A DNA stretch of 64,000 bases from Vulcanimicrobiota bacterium. GTDB lineage: Bacteria > Vulcanimicrobiota > Vulcanimicrobiia > Vulcanimicrobiales > Vulcanimicrobiaceae. Positions within the stretch are counted from its first letter, which is position 1; the number at the start of each line of letters is the position of its first letter. The notes under the pieces are model-generated. The model was not told where the DNA came from, searched no databases, and saw only the letters and a program-made list of their open reading frames with translations. Positions 9,496 through 20,469 of the stretch are shown here, one piece after another. Position numbers and translations under genes: made by a program. The DNA is taken from the NCBI GenBank assembly GCA_963714015.1, contig OY970223.1, positions 608,001 to 672,000 of the forward strand. Reading direction: 5' to 3'.

Positions 9496-10556
9496 GCATC
9501 GCTTTCGATCGGGAACTCCATCCCCTCGGGACGCACCGGGTGATCGATCCGCCGGGCGCGATGCCGCAGAGCGCGCGCAAACTCGACAACACGCCGATCG
9601 CCTTCGAGAACGAGATTCTGTGCGACGTCGAGACGCTCAATATCGACTCGGCCTCGTTCAAGCAAATTCACGACGAATGCCGAGGTAACGCGCAAGCAAT
9701 CGGCGCGCACATTGCCGCTACCGTGCGAGATCGCGGCAAGCAGCACAATCCGGTTACCGGAAGCGGCGGTATGTTCATCGGACGCGTGCTCAAGGTTGGC
9801 GAACGCCTGCGCGATCGCGCCGATCTGCAAGCCGGCGATCGCATCGCCTCTCTCGTATCGCTTACGCTCACGCCGCTGTACATTGAAAGCGTAACGAACG
9901 TAGACACGTCCACCGGACGCGTTTGGATTCGCGGGAAGGCCATTCTGTTCGAATCCGGGCTTTGGGCAAAGCTGCCCGACGACATACGCGACGACGTCGC
10001 GCTTGCGGTTCTGGACGTCGCCGGGGCGCCGGCCCAAGTGCGGCGTTTGGCCAAGCCCGGAATGACCGTTGCCGTCATCGGCGCCGACGGCAAGTCGGGA
10101 ATGCTTTCGTGCGCGCAGGCCAAGGTGCAGGTCGGCCCCCAAGGCACGGTCATCGGCATCGCGCCGAGCGCCAAGACGGAAAGCGCGCAAGTGCTGCGGG
10201 ACTCCGGCTTGGTCGATGCATTCGTCGAGGCGGATGCGCGAGACGCGTTGGAAGTAGCGAGCGCTGTTGCGCGCATAGCGCCCGATCTCGCCGACTTGGT
10301 CGTCAACTGCGTCAACGTTCCCGGAACCGAACTCGGATCGGTACTGGCGACGAAAGACGAAGGAATGGTCTACTTCTTTTCGATGTGCACGTCGTTCACC
10401 GCGGCGGCGCTCGGCGCCGAAGGCGTGGGAAAAGATGTAACGATGCTTATCGGCAACGGATACGCCAAGGGCCACGCCGATACCGCGCTGCAGACGCTGC
10501 GCGACAATCCCCCGATTCATGAGTTCTTCAACCGCAGGTACGCAGGAAGCAAATAG
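9492..10556 (+). CDS. kdd: L-erythro-3,5-diaminohexanoate dehydrogenase
   Basis: GTHRVIDP, LNIDSASF, RGKQHNPVTGSGG, ASLVSLTLTPL, LDVAGAPAQ, FTAAALGAEGVGKDV; adjacent to kamA. Confidence 0.9.
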   Translation: MSIAFDRELHPLGTHRVIDPPGAMPQSARKLDNTPIAFENEILCDVETLNIDSASFKQIHDECRGNAQAIGAHIAATVRDRGKQHNPVTGSGGMFIGRVLKVGERLRDRADLQAGDRIASLVSLTLTPLYIESVTNVDTSTGRVWIRGKAILFESGLWAKLPDDIRDDVALAVLDVAGAPAQVRRLAKPGMTVAVIGADGKSGMLSCAQAKVQVGPQGTVIGIAPSAKTESAQVLRDSGLVDAFVEADARDALEVASAVARIAPDLADLVVNCVNVPGTELGSVLATKDEGMVYFFSMCTSFTAAALGAEGVGKDVTMLIGNGYAKGHADTALQTLRDNPPIHEFFNRRYAGSK

Positions 10557-10557
10557 C

Positions 10558-11952
<1,395 letters not shown>

Positions 11953-12411
11953 TCACGGCTGACTCGGCAGAGATTCGATGGCGTCCGTCGCTAGAAACGA
12001 GCAGCACGACGGGAAGTCCTGGCTCCAATAAAGGACGGCGACCATCGTCTTACCCGGTATGATTTCCGCTGGAAGCCTATCACACAAGACGCCGGTCGCC
12101 TTGGTGAAACAAGTTAAGTGCTCTCCATCTATGGTAGGGTTGGCCGCCAGAAGATACGTGCGCAAAAGGCGGGTTTTCGGATCGCGGATCTGCAGATCCA
12201 TTTCTTGAGGTTGTTTCTCCCGTTCGTATGTCTCTAGCAGGCCAACCGCGAGGTGCACCTGCGCTGCATCGTTTGGCCGCTGCGGGACAAGAGCGGTGTA
12301 TTCATAATCCCATTGAGGATGAAACTGGGCGCGCACTGCTGCCGGACTCGCTGTCGGCGCCGGTGAGCCGATCGCAAGCGCCATCAGCAAGATTGGAGTC
12401 GTTGCGTTCAT
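11953..12411 (-). CDS. Secreted hypothetical protein
   Basis: Signal-peptide-like N-terminus, four cysteines, fills the gap downstream of the P450. Confidence 0.6.
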   Translation of the reverse strand: MNATTPILLMALAIGSPAPTASPAAVRAQFHPQWDYEYTALVPQRPNDAAQVHLAVGLLETYEREKQPQEMDLQIRDPKTRLLRTYLLAANPTIDGEHLTCFTKATGVLCDRLPAEIIPGKTMVAVLYWSQDFPSCCSFLATDAIESLPSQP

Positions 12412-12423
12412 TACGAAATTACC

Positions 12424-13719
12424 TCAGATTGAAAGAGTGCGCATTGATACGGGGCCGCGCGGGCGTAACGTAATGACCGGATCCGGCTCGACGCTTTCCT
12501 CCGGCCGGTTTAGATCGAAGAGAAAGCGGGAGGCCAGCACCGAGAGATGAATTCGCGCCTCCGTCCAAGCGAATTGATCGCCGATGCATTTCCGGGAACC
12601 GCCCCCGAACGGGAAGTACGCGAATTGTGGAAGATCCGGCGGATTCAACCAGCGATCGGGATTGAAGCGATCCGGCTCGCCGAAGTAGCGCGGCGATCGC
12701 TGCATCACGAACTGACTCATTAGGACCGCCGAACCCTTGCGAATGCGCCAGCCGCCGGCGTCGACGTCGCATTTTGAGTCGCGCCCAAGAATCCAGGCCG
12801 GCGGATACAATCGCATGCTTTCGGAGAGTACGGCATCCAAATACGCCGTCGACGGATCGCCGGCAAGCTCGTCGCGCAGCTTGCTCCGCATGGTGGGATT
12901 CTTTGCCAGCAGATACCACGTCCAAGTGAGCGCGTTCGCGGTCGTCTCGTGACCTGCAACGAAAAACGTCATCACTTCGTCGCGCACCTGACGATCGTCC
13001 ATTGCCTCGCCCGTCTCGGAATCACGTGAGGCAAGCAGCATGGAGAGCGCATCCCCTCGATCCTCGCCGCTTTCGCGCCGTGCCGCAATGAGGCGCAGGA
13101 CGATCTCGTCCAAAACCGCCCGCGCTTTGCGAAAGCGCGCCGCCGGGCCCCACGGCAGACGCCGTTTTATCGCACCGAACGGTCCCAGAACGTCGGGAAA
13201 AATCGTAATGACCTCCTGCAGCGCCCCTCCGACGCGATCGGCCTCCTCTCCGGCATCGGCACCGAAGAGCGTTTTCGACGCGATGCGCAGCGTGAGTTCC
13301 ATCATCTCCGCGTGCATGTCGAAGACGCCGGGCGGAGGCCGCCAGCGTTCGGCGTACTCACGGATCGTCTGCGCATAGCCCGCTACGCGTTCGCGATGAA
13401 ATGCCGGCTGGACGATCCGGCGCATCTTGCGGTGCAGCGGCTCCTCGCTCGTTACTAAGCCTTGCCCAAGCAGCTCGCGCATCGCGCGCGTGCCCTCGGA
13501 TTTGACGAAGTCGTGCTGCCGCGTTATCAAGATGTCTTTTATCGCCGCCGGATCGTTCACGAAATAAAAGCGGCGCCACGGAACGCTGAATTTGCAGACG
13601 GGACCGTACTCGCGATCGACTTCGAAGAGAAACGTCGGAAACTCGCGCAGCGGCGTTCTCCTCAGGCGTTTGTACGTCTGCCACATACCGGGACCGGGCG
13701 GCTCGCGTAAAGCGCTCAT
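12424..13719 (-). CDS. Cytochrome P450
   Basis: AGHETTA (I-helix), ESMRLYPP (ExxR), [18 protein letters not shown] (heme cysteine). Confidence 0.96.
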   Translation of the reverse strand: MSALREPPGPGMWQTYKRLRRTPLREFPTFLFEVDREYGPVCKFSVPWRRFYFVNDPAAIKDILITRQHDFVKSEGTRAMRELLGQGLVTSEEPLHRKMRRIVQPAFHRERVAGYAQTIREYAERWRPPPGVFDMHAEMMELTLRIASKTLFGADAGEEADRVGGALQEVITIFPDVLGPFGAIKRRLPWGPAARFRKARAVLDEIVLRLIAARRESGEDRGDALSMLLASRDSETGEAMDDRQVRDEVMTFFVAGHETTANALTWTWYLLAKNPTMRSKLRDELAGDPSTAYLDAVLSESMRLYPPAWILGRDSKCDVDAGGWRIRKGSAVLMSQFVMQRSPRYFGEPDRFNPDRWLNPPDLPQFAYFPFGGGSRKCIGDQFAWTEARIHLSVLASRFLFDLNRPEESVEPDPVITLRPRGPVSMRTLSI

Positions 13720-13976
13720 CCGCCGGCCTTTTTGACTTTTCGTCCTTGCGATTGAAGCTCGGCAATGATGCGTTCGCGATGATCGCCCTGAATCTCCACA
13801 ACGCCGTTCTTTGCGGTTCCGCCCGTGCCGCACATGCGTTTGAGCGCTGCAGCGATTTCAGTCAATTCCTGCGCGGGAAGACCGGTGATTATGGTGACGG
13901 TGCTTGCTCGGCGCCGCTCGCGAAAGACGCGCACGATACCGTCGTTCGGGACGCGTGGCTTGCGGTCGTCTTTCAC
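13716..13976 (-). CDS. yciH: Translation initiation factor SUI1/YciH
   Basis: VTIITGL...LKRMCGTGGTAKNGVVEIQGDHR. Confidence 0.92.
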   Translation of the reverse strand: MKDDRKPRVPNDGIVRVFRERRRASTVTIITGLPAQELTEIAAALKRMCGTGGTAKNGVVEIQGDHRERIIAELQSQGRKVKKAGG

Positions 13977-14036
13977 ACCGCGCGGATTCTGCAGGCTACG
14001 TGCTACACCCCGCCAAACGTCGCCCGGCATAACGCT

Positions 14037-14567
14037 ATGAAGATCGCACTCTTTTGCGGCGCGCACGCAGGGCGCGGCGACTGGTATGCTGCGGTTGCCG
14101 CAGAGACGGCACGTGCATTAGTCGAACGCGGCATCGGCATCGTGTACGGCGGCGGACGGGTCGGCTTGATGGGCGTCATCGCCGACGCCGCACTTGCCCA
14201 GGGCGGCGAGGTCGTCGGCGTAATTCCGCGATCGCTCGCGAGTGAAGAAATAGCGCATTCCGGCGTCACGCAATTACACGTAGTCGGCAGCATGCACGAA
14301 CGCAAGGCCCTGATGGCCGATTTGAGCGACGCGTTCATCGCGCTCCCCGGCGGGTTCGGAACGATGGACGAGTTCTGCGAAATTTTGACCTGGGCGCAAC
14401 TTGGCATCCACGCAAAACCCATCGGCTTGCTGAACGCGGGCGGTTACTACGACGATCTCATCGCGCTGTTCGACAAAATGGTCCGCGAAGAGTTCGTCAT
14501 GCCGCACAACCGCTCGTTGGTGCGGACCGCACCTTCGATCGAGAAATTACTCGAGTTGTTGCTCTAG
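14037..14567 (+). CDS. LOG family protein (TIGR00730-type nucleotide phosphoribohydrolase)
   Basis: YGGGRVGLMG, MHERKALM, PGGFGTMDE. Confidence 0.93.
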   Translation: MKIALFCGAHAGRGDWYAAVAAETARALVERGIGIVYGGGRVGLMGVIADAALAQGGEVVGVIPRSLASEEIAHSGVTQLHVVGSMHERKALMADLSDAFIALPGGFGTMDEFCEILTWAQLGIHAKPIGLLNAGGYYDDLIALFDKMVREEFVMPHNRSLVRTAPSIEKLLELLL

Positions 14568-14574
14568 CGCCGGG

Positions 14575-14814
14575 CTAAGGAGAGACGCGGAAGGAGATCG
14601 TTTTCCCGATCAAACCCTCGAGCGCCGAGGCTTCCTGCGGCGTTGCTATGTACCGCCGTGTCGATCCGTCGGCCAAACGTACGGTGACGTGCGTGCCGGA
14701 AACGGCGGTCACCGTTGCAGTGCGCGGCGCGGCCACAGCCGGCTTCACGGCAGTATTCCAGGAAAGGGTGATGCTCGCGCTGGGGTGAGCGGAGGGCGGC
14801 GGGTAGAGCGGCAT
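14575..14814 (-). CDS. Small hypothetical protein
   Basis: 79-aa ORF filling the gap, with beta-rich pattern (VTVRLADGSTRRY). Confidence 0.45.
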   Translation of the reverse strand: MPLYPPPSAHPSASITLSWNTAVKPAVAAPRTATVTAVSGTHVTVRLADGSTRRYIATPQEASALEGLIGKTISFRVSP

Positions 14815-14961
14815 ACAATTTTCTTATCGCACCGCCGCGGATGCGCCAAGTGCTCAAAGGCCTAGTTGAAACGGGCTTTTCTGGTCCCCAAAATCGGATG
14901 GCAACTCGCGAGAAGGTGGCCGGAGTGAATTTGCATTCGAAATGATCTCTCACGTGGCGTA

Positions 14962-15348
14962 CTAGTCGTTTCGCCTGCTCTGCCGCTTGTCGACGACGCG
15001 CTTGACGACTGCCATCGCGTTGAGCGCCTTGGGAAAGCCCGCGTATGGAATGAGGGTCATCACGGCTTCGACGATCTCGTCCTCGGTCAGGCCGACGTTG
15101 AAGGCGCCGTGCACGTGCGTCTCCAGTTGGCGATCGCACCCGCCCATCGTCGCAAGCGATGCGATCGCGATGAGTTCGCGGTGCTTCAGGTCACCGTCGC
15201 GCGCGTAGATTTCGCCGAACGCAAATTCGACCAAATACCGCGTGAAATCGGGGGCAAGGCCTTCATAAGCGGCGATGAGGTTGTCGGCAACTTTGTCGCC
15301 GTCGACTTTGCGCAGAAGCCTCTCGCCGCGTTCGTAGCGGTCGCTCAC
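14962..15348 (-). CDS. Carboxymuconolactone decarboxylase (AhpD-like) family protein
   Basis: FAFGEIYAR..LKHRELIAIASL, QLETHVHGAFNVG, PYAGFPKALNA; GTG start overlaps the upstream stop. Confidence 0.88.
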   Translation of the reverse strand: MSDRYERGERLLRKVDGDKVADNLIAAYEGLAPDFTRYLVEFAFGEIYARDGDLKHRELIAIASLATMGGCDRQLETHVHGAFNVGLTEDEIVEAVMTLIPYAGFPKALNAMAVVKRVVDKRQSRRND

Positions 15349-15536
15349 CGCTGCCGGCGCCACTTGACGCAGACGCAAGCCCAAAGGACGGTAACAGCAG
15401 CAAAAATCAAGGCAAGAATACCGCTCGCAAACGTCCGCGTCGCAACCCACATTGCGACGTAGATGATCGCGACGAGCGCGAACGCAATCGTTGCCCCAAT
15501 GGCGTATCGGACCCGTAACGGGTTCTCGGGCATCAT
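15345..15536 (-). CDS. Small two-TM membrane protein
   Basis: Two hydrophobic helices; overlaps both flanking genes by 4 nt. Confidence 0.65.
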   Translation of the reverse strand: MMPENPLRVRYAIGATIAFALVAIIYVAMWVATRTFASGILALIFAAVTVLWACVCVKWRRQR

Positions 15537-18500
15537 TCCGTCAGCGCCTCTTTGACGATCCGCTCTTGCTCGACGGCGTGCGCGCCCGGATACCCTTCCG
15601 ACGGGCTGGCGCGATACGGACGGCCGATGTAATCGATTTCGAGCGAGTCGCTGCGCCGCTCGAGCAGACGCCGTCGAACGTAAGCGCGCGCACCCATGTT
15701 CTTCGGTTCTTCCTGAACCCAGACGAGCTTCTTCAGCCTCGGATACGTCGCGATGATGTCATTGATCTCGATGTACGGCAGCGGCGATAGCTGCTCGATT
15801 CTGACGATCGCGGTCTTGTTCGCTTTTGCGTACAGCTCGTGTCCGATTAAGTCGTAGTACAGCTTGCCCGAAACCAACAAAATACGCTGGATCGCCGCTT
15901 TGTCTTTGACGTTCGCATCGTCGATGACCGGATGGAACTTGCCTTTGGCGAGCTCGTCGAGCTGCGCCGCCGCGCCTTCTTGACGCAGCAACGACTTCGG
16001 CGTCATGACGACCAACGGAACCGGCTGCGGCATCGTGGCCTGCTGACGCAGCAAATGGTAGTAATTTGCGGCGTTCGTCGGATTTGCGACGCGCAGATTT
16101 CCTTCGGCGGCAAGTTGCAAGAAGCGTTCCAGGCGCGCGCTCGAGTGTTCCGGCCCCATGCCTTCATAGCCGTGCGGGAGCAGCAGCGTCAGACGCGCAG
16201 TCTGGCCCCACTTCGCCTGACCGGCGACGATGAACTGGTCGATGATGATCTGCGCGCCGTTGTTGAAGTCGCCGAACTGCGCCTCCCACAACACGAGCGC
16301 TCTGGGCACGGAGGCGCTGTAACCGTATTCGAATCCCAAGCACGCATATTCCGAGAGCGGACTGTTGCGAATTTCGAATGATGCCTTTGCGTCGGGCAGA
16401 TGCTGCATCGGCACGTACGAGCCGCCGGTCTTCGGATCGTGCAGCACCGCGTGCCGGTGGCTGAACGTTCCGCGTTCGGTGTCCTGGCCGGTAATTCGAA
16501 TCGGCGCGCCGACCGAGAGCAGCGAGGCGAACGCGAGCGCTTCCGACATTCCCCAGTCGACGATACCCTTCTCGGCAATCAGTGCGCGGCGCCTATCGAA
16601 TTGCGTTTGCAGCTTTTTGTTGATCGTGAAGCCGTCGGGTACCGAGACGAGCGCATCGCTCCATGCCAGCAGCCGATCGCGTGAAATGCGTTCGACCGGA
16701 GCCGCTTCGAGCGGCGCTTTGATCTCGAGCTTGGCGAGCATGCCGGCGAGATCGCGGTGACCTTTTACGCCGCGGTGCGCTTCCTGCAGGCGTTCCGTTG
16801 CCTCGCCGACGAGTTGTTCGGCCTGCTCTTTGCTCAGCACGCCTTGGGCCACGAGCTTGTTCGCGAAGAGTTCGCGCGCGCTGGGATGCGACTTGATGCG
16901 ATCGTACATCTCGGGCTGCGTGTACGCGGGCTCGTCCTGCTCGTTATGACCGAACCGGCGGTAGCCGATGACGTCGATGAGCGCGTCGCGGCCGAACTTC
17001 CTGCGAAACTCAATCGCCAGCCGTGCCGCCCAAATGCACGCGTCGACGTCGTCGGCGTTGACGTGAATGATCGGCACGTCGAAGCCTTTGGCCAAGTCGG
17101 ATGCGTACCGCGTCGAACGGCTGTCGCGGGGATCGGTCGTGAAGCCGACTTGATTGTTCGCGATGATGTGAATCGTGCCGCCCGTGTCGTACCCTGGCAG
17201 CGACTGCAGGTTGAAGACTTCCGAGACGATCCCCTGACCGATGAAGGCCGCGTCGCCATGGATGAGAATCGGGGCGGCCTTCTTTTTGTCTTGCAGCGGG
17301 ACCGGCACGGTATGATCGGTCTGCAGTGCGCGCGCGCTGCCTTCAACGACCGGATCGACGGCTTCCAAGTGACTAGGGTTATTCGCCAGCGTTACGGCAA
17401 TCGCGCGTCCGTCGAGCGCTCGGTATGTGCCGTGCGCGCCGTGGTGGTATTTTACGTCGCCGGTTACGTCTTCGCCGCCGTGCACCTCGCCGCGCTCGTT
17501 CGCCGCCTCGAATTCCGCCAGAATTTCTTCGTACGGCAGGTTCACGACGTGCGCGATCGTCGCCAAACGGCCGCGGTGCGCCATGCCGAGCACTGCGTTG
17601 GATGCACCTTCCCGCGCGAGCATTTCAAGGATCTCTTCGAGCATCGGAACGACGACGTCGAGCCCCTCACCCGAAAAAGTCTTCTGTCCGAGAAACGATT
17701 TGCGCAGATAGCGTTCGAACGTTTCGACGCGCGTAAGGCGACGCAGCAATTCTATCTGCTGCTCGTTGCTCAAGCGGACTTTGTGTTTGCCCGACTCGAT
17801 CGTATCGCGCAGCCATTCGCGCTGCTCGGTGTTCGCGATGTGCTCGACTTCATAGGCGATCGTGGAACTGTACGTGTCGCGAAGGCGAGGGAGCACATCG
17901 GCCAGGGTATCGCCGGGAACCTTCACGCGCAGCACGGACGCGGGAATCGCCGACTGCAGCGCAGGCGTGAGGCCCCAGTTGCCCGGTTCCAAGGACGGAT
18001 CGCCGATAGGCTGCGTCCCGAGCGGATCCAGCGTTGCGGCAAGGTGGCCGTGCGTGCGGTACGCGGCGACGATCGCCATACCGGCGGCGACGGCGCGCAG
18101 CATTTCATCCGAAGGCGCGGGCGCGGCGGCCTGTTCGGCAGAGATCTCCGCCGCTTGCGGTTCAGCTTGCGCCTGCGCGGCGAGCTGCAGCCCCAGCGAA
18201 TTGAAGATCGCTTCGTAGAAACCGTCTTTGCCATGCAGCAGTTCGTCGACGCGCTTTAAGTATTCACCCGACTGCGCGCCTTGAATGACGCGGTGATCGT
18301 ACGTCGAGGTCATCTGCATGATCTTGCCGATGCGCAGCGACCGAAGCGTCTGTTCGCCGGCATTGCCGAAACCAGCCGGATAGCCGATAGCGCCGGCCGC
18401 AATTATCGCTCCCTGTCCGGCCATGAGACGCGGAACGGAAGCGGCAGTACCGATGCCGCCGGGGTTGGTCAGCGTGAACGATGCACCTTGCAGCTCGTCT

Positions 18501-19777
18501 GCGGTAAGTTTGTTGTCGCGCGCTTTTGCGACGAGTTCTTCGTATTTCGTGCGAAATCCGATGAAGTCGAGCGTGTCGGCGTTCTTGATCACGGGCACGA
18601 CCAGAAAACGCGTACCGTCTTTGCGCTCGGCGTCCACGGCGAGTCCCAGATGAATACCGGGTTCGACGCGCACCGGCCGGTCGCCGTCGCGGCGGAAGTG
18701 GTGCGTAATGAACGGCAATTCGTGCGCGGCGCGCACGAGCGCAAACGCAATGACGTGCGTGAACGAAACCTTCTCCGAACGGCCGGCGTTTTTGAGCGAA
18801 TTGACGAGTTCTTTGCGGCGAGCGTCCAGTACGTCGACCGGCAGCGTACGAAAACTCGTCGCGGTCGGAATCGTCAGGCTCTGCTCCATGTAGCCCGCCA
18901 GCGCCGCTGCGGGGCCTTTGAGCGGCGTGACTTTCGTTTCAGGCGCGAGCGCAGGCAGCTGCGGTTGCGGCGCAGTCGCAGGCGTTGATGAAACAACGGG
19001 CAGCGAAGGCGCTTGCTGCAAGACGTCCGCGCGCACGATCAATCCGTCCGGGCCCGAGCCGCGAATGCGCGCCACGTCGATGCCCAGCTTCTTGGCAAGA
19101 CGGCGGGCTTGCGCCGTCGCAATGGCCTGGCCGGTTCGCGAAGGCGCTTGCGCAACTGCGGCGGCCGGAGTTGCAGGTGCTTTGGCGCCGTTGACCTTTG
19201 CGGAACCGGTTTGAGCGGTGGGCTGCGCGTTCGCGTCGATTTCGGCGAGCGGCGCGCCGACGGAGATCGTCGCGCCCTCCGCGGCAACGATCTTGAGGAT
19301 AACGCCTGAAGCGGTGGCGGGGACTTCGACGTCGACTTTGTCGGTCGTTACGTTGACGATCGGATCGCCTTCGTTGACATAATCGCCTTCGCGTTTTTGC
19401 CACTCCACGATCGAGCCTTGGGTGACGGACTCGCCCATTTCGGGAAGCGTCACGGCAACGATGCGGGGATCGCGTTTTTCGGGGGCAGGCGAAGGCGGCG
19501 CGCTCTTTGCGCCGTTTCCGGATTTTATGGCGGCCGTGTCGATTTCAGCCAAAACGGCTCCGACCGAAACCGTCTGCCCTTCGTTCGCGAGGATTTGCGT
19601 TACGATGCCGGACGCGCTTGCGGGAACCTCGACATCGACTTTATCCGTCGTAACCTCGACCAGCGGATCGCCCTGCTCGATGTAGTCACCGACCCGCTTA
19701 CGCCATTCGACGATAGAGCCTTCGGTGACCGACTCCCCCATCTCGGGGAGGGTGACTTGAACCATCGTTTCAGGCAC
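15533..19777 (-). CDS. sucA: Multifunctional 2-oxoglutarate dehydrogenase: two lipoyl domains, E3-binding domain, E2 succinyltransferase and E1 in one chain
   Basis: Two LPEMGESVT...TTDKVDVEVPA lipoyl domains; ARRLAKKLGIDVARIRGSGPDG (PSBD); TYDHRVIQGAQSG (E2); GMAHRGRL, HGDAAF, WEAQFGDF, HGYEGMGPEHSSAR (E1). Confidence 0.95.
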   Translation of the reverse strand: MPETMVQVTLPEMGESVTEGSIVEWRKRVGDYIEQGDPLVEVTTDKVDVEVPASASGIVTQILANEGQTVSVGAVLAEIDTAAIKSGNGAKSAPPSPAPEKRDPRIVAVTLPEMGESVTQGSIVEWQKREGDYVNEGDPIVNVTTDKVDVEVPATASGVILKIVAAEGATISVGAPLAEIDANAQPTAQTGSAKVNGAKAPATPAAAVAQAPSRTGQAIATAQARRLAKKLGIDVARIRGSGPDGLIVRADVLQQAPSLPVVSSTPATAPQPQLPALAPETKVTPLKGPAAALAGYMEQSLTIPTATSFRTLPVDVLDARRKELVNSLKNAGRSEKVSFTHVIAFALVRAAHELPFITHHFRRDGDRPVRVEPGIHLGLAVDAERKDGTRFLVVPVIKNADTLDFIGFRTKYEELVAKARDNKLTADELQGASFTLTNPGGIGTAASVPRLMAGQGAIIAAGAIGYPAGFGNAGEQTLRSLRIGKIMQMTSTYDHRVIQGAQSGEYLKRVDELLHGKDGFYEAIFNSLGLQLAAQAQAEPQAAEISAEQAAAPAPSDEMLRAVAAGMAIVAAYRTHGHLAATLDPLGTQPIGDPSLEPGNWGLTPALQSAIPASVLRVKVPGDTLADVLPRLRDTYSSTIAYEVEHIANTEQREWLRDTIESGKHKVRLSNEQQIELLRRLTRVETFERYLRKSFLGQKTFSGEGLDVVVPMLEEILEMLAREGASNAVLGMAHRGRLATIAHVVNLPYEEILAEFEAANERGEVHGGEDVTGDVKYHHGAHGTYRALDGRAIAVTLANNPSHLEAVDPVVEGSARALQTDHTVPVPLQDKKKAAPILIHGDAAFIGQGIVSEVFNLQSLPGYDTGGTIHIIANNQVGFTTDPRDSRSTRYASDLAKGFDVPIIHVNADDVDACIWAARLAIEFRRKFGRDALIDVIGYRRFGHNEQDEPAYTQPEMYDRIKSHPSARELFANKLVAQGVLSKEQAEQLVGEATERLQEAHRGVKGHRDLAGMLAKLEIKAPLEAAPVERISRDRLLAWSDALVSVPDGFTINKKLQTQFDRRRALIAEKGIVDWGMSEALAFASLLSVGAPIRITGQDTERGTFSHRHAVLHDPKTGGSYVPMQHLPDAKASFEIRNSPLSEYACLGFEYGYSASVPRALVLWEAQFGDFNNGAQIIIDQFIVAGQAKWGQTARLTLLLPHGYEGMGPEHSSARLERFLQLAAEGNLRVANPTNAANYYHLLRQQATMPQPVPLVVMTPKSLLRQEGAAAQLDELAKGKFHPVIDDANVKDKAAIQRILLVSGKLYYDLIGHELYAKANKTAIVRIEQLSPLPYIEINDIIATYPRLKKLVWVQEEPKNMGARAYVRRRLLERRSDSLEIDYIGRPYRASPSEGYPGAHAVEQERIVKEALTE

Positions 19778-19900
19778 TGCGGCGACTCCGTACTTTCCCT
19801 AGCTTCTGCGCAAAACCGAACCAGGGGCTTTAACAGCGATCCGGCTTCCTCATCTTAGTCCAGGAGAGGGTTCCTTCCAATGACGATGCCATGCCAGATT

Positions 19901-19917
19901 TATGCTCTTAGCGTAAT
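19901..19917. promoter_or_regulatory. Putative LysR operator upstream of the OGDH fusion gene
   Basis: TATGCTCTTAGCGTAAT has T-N11-A with an imperfect dyad (TATGC/GCGTA) and is 14/17 identical to 20441-20457. Confidence 0.55.
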
Positions 19918-19993
19918 ACTATGCCTAGGGGACGGGCTACCAGGCGTACGCAGGATACCGAGTGAGCGGGGCCCGGCATGCTAAAATACCCCC

Positions 19994-20164
19994 ATGGCAC
20001 AAAAGGGTAAGGGCGGCGATCCGGCCGGCCAGAAGTACGCGAGCACATTCGAATCGTTCGTGAACCGGACCGCGACGGCCCAGAAGGCCGATGTCGAAAA
20101 TCTCGAAACCGAGACAGAAAAGAAGCCGCGTGTCAGACGCAAGCCGAAGCAACGGGCGAAGTGA
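19994..20164 (+). CDS. Small hypothetical protein (56 aa, basic C-terminus)
   Basis: Manual translation: MAQKGKGGDPAGQKYASTFESFVNRTATAQKADVENLETETEKKPRVRRKPKQRAK*. An extended -10 (TGCTAAAAT, 19979-19987) lies just upstream. Confidence 0.6.
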   Translation: MAQKGKGGDPAGQKYASTFESFVNRTATAQKADVENLETETEKKPRVRRKPKQRAK

Positions 20165-20174
20165 CACTCTTTAA

Positions 20175-20399
20175 GTGACTCATTTCCCGTCTTCATCACT
20201 CTGGACGCTACTAGTCACAGCCGTACTGCTACTCTTTTTCGGCTGGCGCGGAGTGACTGCGCCCACCGCTCTGATCCGAGGCGGGTTGGCCACGGAGCCA
20301 GCGGTAAAAACGGCGCGCCGAATGGGCTACGATGCTTGCTGCGGCACCGCCCTACTGATCTTTGACATCGTAAGCGCCCTGTCACGGCAAGCGTTTTAG
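20175..20399 (+). CDS. Small membrane protein
   Basis: 74 aa with two hydrophobic segments, between the small ORF and the LysR gene. Confidence 0.5.
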   Translation: MTHFPSSSLWTLLVTAVLLLFFGWRGVTAPTALIRGGLATEPAVKTARRMGYDACCGTALLIFDIVSALSRQAF

Positions 20400-20435
20400 T
20401 TCGCCGTTCATTCCTTCGGCTACTGTAGTCAAGGA

Positions 20436-20457
20436 TATAATATGCTCTATGTGTAAT
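20436..20457 (+). promoter_or_regulatory. -10 box (TATAAT) plus overlapping putative LysR operator
   Basis: TATAAT at 20436-20441 runs directly into TATGCTCTATGTGTAAT (20441-20457), ending 12 nt before the LysR ATG. Confidence 0.6.
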
Positions 20458-20469
20458 GAATAGCGCGGC

